DNA from: Nemertoderma westbladi
Lineage: Eukaryota > Animalia > Xenacoelomorpha
Assembly: GCA_032718475.1 (NCBI GenBank)
Contig: JAUCBJ010003840.1
Span: forward strand, 1-64,000
DNA: 64,000 bases
Reading direction: 5' to 3'
Shown: positions 48,888 to 64,000 of the stretch, one piece after another
Position numbering within the stretch: the stretch's first letter is position 1
How the letters are laid out: every line of letters starts with the position of its first letter
Notes under the pieces: generated by a model
The model's input: the letters and a program-made list of their open reading frames with translations, nothing else
Database searches by the model: none
Told to the model about the DNA's origin: nothing
Translations under genes and position numbers: made by a program

Positions 48888-50080
48888 GGGGAACTACGAC
48901 ACTCCCCCCCCCCCCCCCCCCCCCCCCGGACAATCTCCCCCCCCCCCCCCCCCCCGGACACTACCCCCCGGATACTTCCTCCCCAGGTAAAGTGTTAAAA
49001 TTAATCTGGCATCAAAGCAATAAACAAAACTTAAAGATGGTTACAGGACAAGTTGTATCTACATGTAGTCATGTTTTTTCAAAATTTATAAAAGAAACAA
49101 TTTTATATAGTCAAAGTTTGTTTGTTTTTCTTTTTATTGGGGGCTGCCGCCCCCAAACCCCCGCTTCTATTGTTGGGGGCAGTAGACCCCAAACACCCGC
49201 TTCTTTTGTTGGGGGCTACCGCCCCCAAACCCCGGTATTTCCCTGTGTTCCCGTGGTGAAAGACTTAAATCATCAGATAATAAATTGACTAAGTCTAAAG
49301 TAGGAACTGTATTGAATGTTAACCAAATTAATATAGAAATTACTACAATATTATATAATTCAACAAAAAATCAAAATTTCATAATTCAACAAAATCATAT
49401 TAAAAATATTGCAAGTAACCAGGAAATTTAATTAGTTTATCAATATGTAAGGCTGAACACAGAATACAGGTAGACAGACGCATGTCGATTTTCCCCTGGA
49501 GAGGTATAATTTTGAGTGCAACAATAATATTCATCCCCATATGCTACAATTTGAAGAAAACAATTAGATAATAATACTTATTAAAAACAATTAATTTTTT
49601 TAATTCTATAGTAAAAAAAAACAATATATCATTTGGGGATGGAATTTATAGGTCATCTAATTAATTGTTTAAAGATTAGCAAACAACACAATGTAATTGC
49701 ATTGATAAAATCCATAAATAAAACTTGGATACAAAATTTAAAATCGGGATGCAAAAGATTACTTTCTGAGCTAAGAAAGGAAAATTGGATACAACTTGTC
49801 TGGATACAAGCGGTCCGTTTACCTGACAAAATGAAAAATAAGAATGTGCGAAGTTAAGAACAGTCGGGGGGGGGGGGAGTGTCCGGGGGGAGTGTCTGGG
49901 GGGGTAGTGTCCGGGGGGAAGTGTCCTACTTGAACGGGGGGGAACTGTCCGGGGGGGAAGTGTCCGGGGGGGAGTGTCTGGGGCGGTAGTGTCCGGGGGA
50001 AGTGTCCCTACTTGAACGGGGGGGGGGGGGGGTGACTGTCCGGGGGGGGGGGGGGGGGGGTGGGGGGAGTGTCCGCACAC
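48888..50080. mobile_element. Probable non-autonomous Mutator-like DNA element with G/C-run subterminal repeats
   Basis: The left end has ggacact(a/c)cccccc repeats and the right end the inverted ggggagtgtcc repeats. Flanks gtttttag / gttgttag resemble a TSD. Confidence 0.55.
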
Positions 50081-50309
50081 CGTTGTTAGACCTTCGATCC
50101 ATTACAATAAACTACAGAAGAAATATTGTTAACAGTTTGACCTTCGGTCATAGTGTAATAATCTCACGCGTAATTTGAGAAAATCCACAAACGAACTTAC
50201 TTCTCTGTTTGCCTATAGCCCTTTTAAGCTGCTCTCTACTTATACGATAGTAATTCCTGAACTTATATCGTGTTCAATTATTAACATTTACAATTAACAT
50301 TAACATTTA

Positions 50310-51780
50310 CAAGGGGAAAGGGAGCCTGATGGACCCAAATAACTATAGAGGTATCGCTCTTATCTGTGTTTTCCTAAAATTATTAACCTCCATACTAAAC
50401 AAACGGGTTCAACGGAACATATCCCACCTGTTCCCAGATGAGCAATATGGATTTATACCAGGGAGATCAAATATGCAAGCAATAAGGAAACTCGTCTCAG
50501 ATATTAACAAAGCCCTTCACTCAAAAGAAGACCGTGTAATGTATGTAGCCTTTGTTGATTTTAAAAAGGCATTCGACCTAGTGAACCGAGCCTTGCTCCT
50601 TGGCAAGATATATAACGATTTCGAAATAAAGGGGAAATTATTCGGCTTCATTAAGGCATTATTAACAAATACAATAAAAATATCCGACGGTTTCAGCCTA
50701 TCAAAACCGATCACACAGTTGCGAGGAATTCTGCAAGGAGACTCATTCTCCCCAACTTGCTTCATAATTTTTATTACCAGCCTCGCAACTGCACTCCGTG
50801 CAATATCGAGAGCGATACGATTCATATTCTTTGCGGACGATCTAGCCTTTTATTCTTCGAATCCACAAGTTATCCAACGCGGTCTTGATGTCCTAGAAGA
50901 ATGGTGTATAAATAATTCAATGGAAGTGAACCTCTCTAAAACAAAAATAATGAAGTTCCGTAAAGGTGGCCGGCTGTGTATTAACGATAAATTCTACTAC
51001 GGGGGAAAAGAAGTTCTCATCTGCAATGAATACGAATATCTTGGCATAACCTTGCAACCGACCCTCACTTTTACCAAACATGTTAACAAAAGAAAGCGGA
51101 AATCTTATGCAGCGATTGGTTGTCTTCGAAATTTAAACAGACTGTCAATATGTACCGCAATGAAGATCTTCGCAATGAAAATACAGCCAATGGTATCATA
51201 TGGTCTTGTAGAGATCGGTTGCTTCTTTACAGTTGCACACATGAAAGAACTGGATAAAATCAAATCAAAGTTTATTAAAAGGGTGCTCTCCCTACCATCC
51301 AACGCATCGACAACCATGGCCATTAAAGCTATAGGAGAAAAAACATTCATTGAAGATCTCCTTATCGTAAACCCCACGCTATTCAACCCTACAGCATTAG
51401 ACCAATATCGCTCTTACCGAACCGAACGCACAGAAAACTTCAACCGGCAGGGTTACACAAGGGGCCCAGCCTTCACAACTTCGAGTTGGAAATCCTCACA
51501 GCAGAGAAACCGGCACACTGTCACCAGGGCAACCGCCCATGGGTTTCACTACCTCATCTGCTTGACCTGCACCCCTTTCCACGAGCTGTCATCGCAATGT
51601 ATTTGTAAATATTGTAAGAACTCAGCCGTGGACAGATACCACGCTCTCAACTGCGATTGCTGCCCCTCTCTGACAGAACTGGCCAGCCACCCATATCACT
51701 AAAAGAAAATTGGTTCTCCACAGCCATGAGACTTTGATATTCGTACTGAATCGTATTTCACTCCAACTAATTGTAAAATT
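50310..51780 (+). mobile_element. 5'-truncated LINE with an uninterrupted 457 aa RT/C-terminal ORF (50329-51702)
   Basis: PNNYRGIAL, EQYGF, FVDFKKAFDLV, GILQGDSFSP, FADD, YEYLG and a Cys-rich C-terminus; the endonuclease domain is missing. Confidence 0.92.
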
Positions 51781-52100
51781 TTTTAATTAATTTTAAACTT
51801 ATTGCTCCACCTGTATATTGCTATTTTTAACAATTTTAAAAGAATAAACCTTTTACCCCGTTTAGGGGTGCACCTTGTTTTAAAAAAAATTATTAACATT
51901 AACACGCTACATTATCGTATACATACGTACGTACATACATACATACATTATCATACACACGTATTATCATACGTACATACATACATACGTACATTATCAC
52001 GCTAATGAAGCGTGATTTACCTCGAATTCCTGAGTACATTAATATACCCCGCAATAGAAAAATGTTTTGTTTTTTTCTTCCGTGTTGTTGAAATTACTTA

Positions 52101-52168
52101 TTACCGTAATCGCTACTTACCGTAATCGCTACTTACCGTAATCGCTACTTACCGTAATCGCTACTTAC
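52101..52168 (-). repeat. 16 bp tandem repeat, 4 copies, each beginning GTAAGT on the minus strand
   Basis: Minus-strand unit GTAAGTAGCGATTACG. Confidence 0.9.
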
Positions 52169-52232
52169 ATTCCACATAATCTTGCGATATTGAGCCACGC
52201 CAACACGGAATCCACCGACAAAATAAACCGGC

Positions 52233-55200
52233 TCCAATGATATAAGGTACGTAACGGATTTATTCTATAAGGTACGTAGCGGATCCAATGATATAAGGTA
52301 CGTAACGGATCCAATGATATAAGATACGTAACGGATCCAATGATATAAGGTACGTAACGGATTTATTCTATAAGGTACGTAACGGATTTAATGATATAAG
52401 GTACGTAACGGATCCAATGATATAAGGTACGTAACGGATCCAATGATATAAGGTACGTAACGGATTTATTCTATAAGGTACGTAACGGATTTAATGATAT
52501 AAGGTACGTAACGGATCCAATGATATAAGGTACGTAACGGATCCAATGATATAAGATACGTAACGGATCCAATGATATAAGGTACGTAACGGATCCAATG
52601 ATATAAGGTACGTAACGGATCCAATGATATAAGATACGTAACGGATCCAATGATATAAGGTACGTAACGGATCCAATGATATAAGGTACGTAACGGACTT
52701 ATTATATAAGGCACGTAACGGATCCAATGATATAAGGTACGCAACGGATCCAATGATATAAGGTACGTAACGGATCCAATGATATAAGATACGTAACGGA
52801 TCCAATGATATAAGGTACGTAACGGATTTATTCTATAAGGTACGTAACGGATTTAATGATATAAGGTACGTAACGGATCCAATGATATAAGGTACGTAAC
52901 GGATCCAATGATATAAGATACGTAACGGATCCAATGATATAAGGTACGTAACGGATCCAATGATATAAGGTACGTAACGGATCCAATGATATAAGATACG
53001 TAACGGATCCAATGATATAAGGTACGTAACGGATCCAATGATATAAGGTACGTAACGGACTTATTATATAAGGCACGTAACGGATCCAATGATATAAGGT
53101 ACGCAACGGATCCAATGATATAAGGTACGTAACGGATCCAATGATATAAGGTACGTAACGGATCCAATGATATAAGGTACGTAACGGACTTATTATATAA
53201 GGCACGTAACGGATCCAATGATATAAGGTACGTAACGGACTTATTATATAAGGCACGTAACGGATCCAATGATATAAGGTACGTAACGGATCCAATGATA
53301 TAAGGTACGTAACGGATCCAATGATATAAGGTACGTAACGGATCCAATTATATAAGGTACGTAACAGACTTATTATATAAGGCACGTAACGGATCCAATG
53401 ATATAAGGTACGTAACGGATCCAATTATATAAGGTACGTAACGGATCCAATGATATAAGGTACGTAACGGATTTATTATATAAGGTACGTAACGGATCCA
53501 ATGATATAAGGTACGTAAGGGATCCAATGATATAAGGTACGTAACGGATCCAAGGATATAAGGTACGTAACGGATTTAATGATATAAGGTACGTAACGGA
53601 TTTAATGATATAAGGTACCTTAACGGATCCAATGATATAAGGTACGTAACGGATCCAATGATATAAGGTACGTAACGGATCCAATGATATAAGGTACGTA
53701 ACGGACTTATTATATAAGGTACGTAACGGATCCAATGATATAAGGTACGTAACGGATCCAATGATATAAGGTACGTAACGGATCCAATGATATAAGGTAC
53801 GTAACGGATCCAAAGATATAAGGTACGTAACGGATCCAAAGATATAAGGTACGTAACGGATCCAATGATATAAGGTACGTAACGGATCCAATGATATAAG
53901 GTACGTAACGGATCCAATGATATAAGGTACGTAACGGATCCAATGATATAAGGTACGTAACGGATCCAATGATATAAGGTACGTAACGGATTTAATGATA
54001 TAAGGTACGTAACGGACTTATTATATAAGGTACGTAACGGATCCAGTGATATAAGGTACGTAACGGATCCAATGATATAAGGTACGTAACGGATCCAATG
54101 ATATAAGGTACGTAACGGATCCAATGATATAAGGTACGTAACGGATCCAATGATATAAGGTACGTAACGGATCCAATGATATAAGGTACGTAACGGATCC
54201 AATGATATAAGGTACGTAACGGATCCAATGATATAAGGTACGTAACGGATCCAATGATATAAGGTACGTAACGGACTTATTATATAAGGTACGTAACGGA
54301 TCCAATGATATAAGGTACGTAACGGATCCAATGATATAAGGTACGTAACGGATCCAATGATATAAGGTACGTAACGGATCCAATGATATAAGGTACGTAA
54401 CGGATCCAATGATATAAGGTACGTAACGGATCCAATGTTATAAGGTACGTAACGGACTTATTATATAACGTACGTAACGGATCCAATGATATAAGGTACG
54501 TAGCGGATCCAATGATATAAGGTACGTAACGGATCCAATGATATAAGGTACGTAACGGATGCAATGATATAAGGTACGCAACGGATCCAATGATATAAGG
54601 TACGTAATGGATCCAATGATATAAGGTACGCAACGGATCCAATGATATTAGGTACGTAACGGATCCAATGATATAAGGTACGTAACGGATCCAATGATAT
54701 AAGGTACGTAACGGATCCAATGATATAAGGTACGTAACGGATCCAATGATATAAGGTACGTAACGGATCCAATGATATAAGGTACGTAACGGATTTAATA
54801 ATATAAGGTACGTAACGGATCCAATGATATAAGGTACGTAACGGATTTAATGATATAAGGTACGTAACGGATCCAATGATATAAGGTACGTAACGGATTT
54901 AATGATATAAGGTACGTAACGGATCCAATGATATAAGGTACGTAACGGATCCAATGATATAAGGTACGTAACGAATCCAATGATATAAGGTACGTAACGG
55001 ATCCAATGATGTAAGGTACGTAACGGACTTATTATATAAGGTACGTAACGGATCCAATGATATAAGGTACGTAACGGATCCAATGATATAAGGTACGTAA
55101 CGGATTTATTCTATAAGATACGTAACGGGTTTATTCTATAAGGTACGTAACGGATCCAATGATATAAGGTACGTAACGGATCCAATGATATAAGGTACGT

Positions 55201-55700
55201 AACGGATTTAATGATATAAGGTACGTAACGGATCCAATGATATAAGGTACGTAACGGATCCAATGATATAAGGTACGTAACGGATTTATTATATAAGGTA
55301 CGTAACGGATTTAATGATATAAGGTACGTAACGGATTTATTCTATAAGGTACGTAACGGATTTATTCTATAAGGTACGTAACGGATTTAATGATATAAGG
55401 TACGTAACGAATTTATTCTATAAGGTACGTAACGGATTTATTCTATAAAGTACGTAACGGGTCCAATGATATAAAGTACGTAACGGATCCAATGATATAA
55501 GGTACGTAACGGATTTAATTATATAAGGTACGTAACGGATCCAATGATATAAGGTACGTAACGGATCCAATGATATAAGGTACGTAACGGATCCAATGAT
55601 ATAAGGTACGTAACGGATCCAATGATATAAAGTACGTAACGGATCCAATGATATAAGGTACGTAACGGATTGATTCTATAAGGTACGTAACGGATTTATT
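52233..55700. repeat. 25-26 bp minisatellite, ~130 copies
   Basis: Unit ggatccaatgatataaggtacgtaac, with variant ggatttattctataaggtacgtaac. A 362 bp higher-order duplication is visible (52466 vs 52828). Confidence 0.98.
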
Positions 55701-56444
55701 CCTATCTGGCTTTAGTGCAGAATCAGAGGGACACCATGGACGCCCTGAGGATGATCTTCGACGCGCCGAAAAGGTTTACAAAATTTTTTTTAGATATTTA
55801 GATTTAGATATTATTTGTATCTTATTATCGTTAAATTAATAATAAATTAATAAATTAATTCATTCGTTTAACTGCATTCTTAATTATTAGTAGATATACA
55901 TTTTATAATTAATTATTTTAGCTATTTTATAAGTTATTAATTCCATATGTTGGATTAAAGAATATAATTACAATAAATTAAATTAACCCAATGTTTCATA
56001 GAGGGATTGTATGTGAGTTTAAGGTAGTATAGATTGTTGTACGTCGGTTGAATGAAAACATACAAGATTTATAAAATTGTTGGCTCAGTTTTACTATAAG
56101 ACTCCCTTTATGATCATAGCCGATCACAAAGTAACAACTAGCAATTCTCTCATCTTTCAATATTTACTGAGCTACTTCCATGTTTGAACGCGTTTATGTG
56201 CCATTGTACCAAACAAGCCTTGCTGGGTACTACTTCCAAGACCCCTTTTTTTTCGAAATACCAAAAAGTGTATTAGGTTGTTAAATACATTATGTGAAGT
56301 ATTAAATGCAATAAATATATACCATATATAAATATTAATATAAAAGAACTATGAAATACAACTATACCATACTGTAGAAGTTGTACACTACACAGTTACT
56401 TTATTGATAAATGCTAAGGCTAATTAATTTGTCTATAGTTGTTG

Positions 56445-63818
<7,374 letters not shown>

Positions 63819-64000
63819 TACAATATTAAAGCTAATAATTAGGCTTTCAGAACGTTAATTATTTGACATAATGTAACCAACCAAGCTTTACGTTCACTTT
63901 TGTATTTAAAAGCCTTGTCAAGTGTAAAGCTGAAAAGTGCTGATTCTCATACAATGATATAAAGAGCTATCTATATAATATTCAGTACTAATTGCATAAG

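Noticed and set aside
1919-50070. Many 15-25 nt poly-G/poly-C runs
   Set aside because: Scattered without consistent relation to features, and their lengths are unreliable in sequencing.

Overview
This is an AT-rich, intron-rich animal (probably invertebrate) genomic window. It holds three protein-coding genes: (1) a complete 13-exon calpain-5/TRA-3-type protease on the minus strand (20708-46892), with a duplicated, probably mutually exclusive exon 9 and a hydrophobic N-terminal extension; (2) an intronless full-length SAC1 phosphoinositide phosphatase (38335-40134, +) nested antisense in calpain intron 3; (3) a complete 8-exon mitochondrial L-threonine 3-dehydrogenase on the minus strand (56445-63818). 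The first 17 kb are decayed Gypsy, Penelope, LINE, SINE and DNA-transposon pieces. The most striking pattern is that four unrelated minisatellites, in two genes, are each built from the last bases of an exon plus its 5' splice site and start exactly at the real donor, giving 3 to ~100 downstream copies of the donor. A small element combining a tRNA-type Pol III promoter, a minimal type I hammerhead ribozyme and terminal inverted repeats lies at 43599-43757. All calls are from reading the sequence by eye; no searches were run and copy numbers are approximate.
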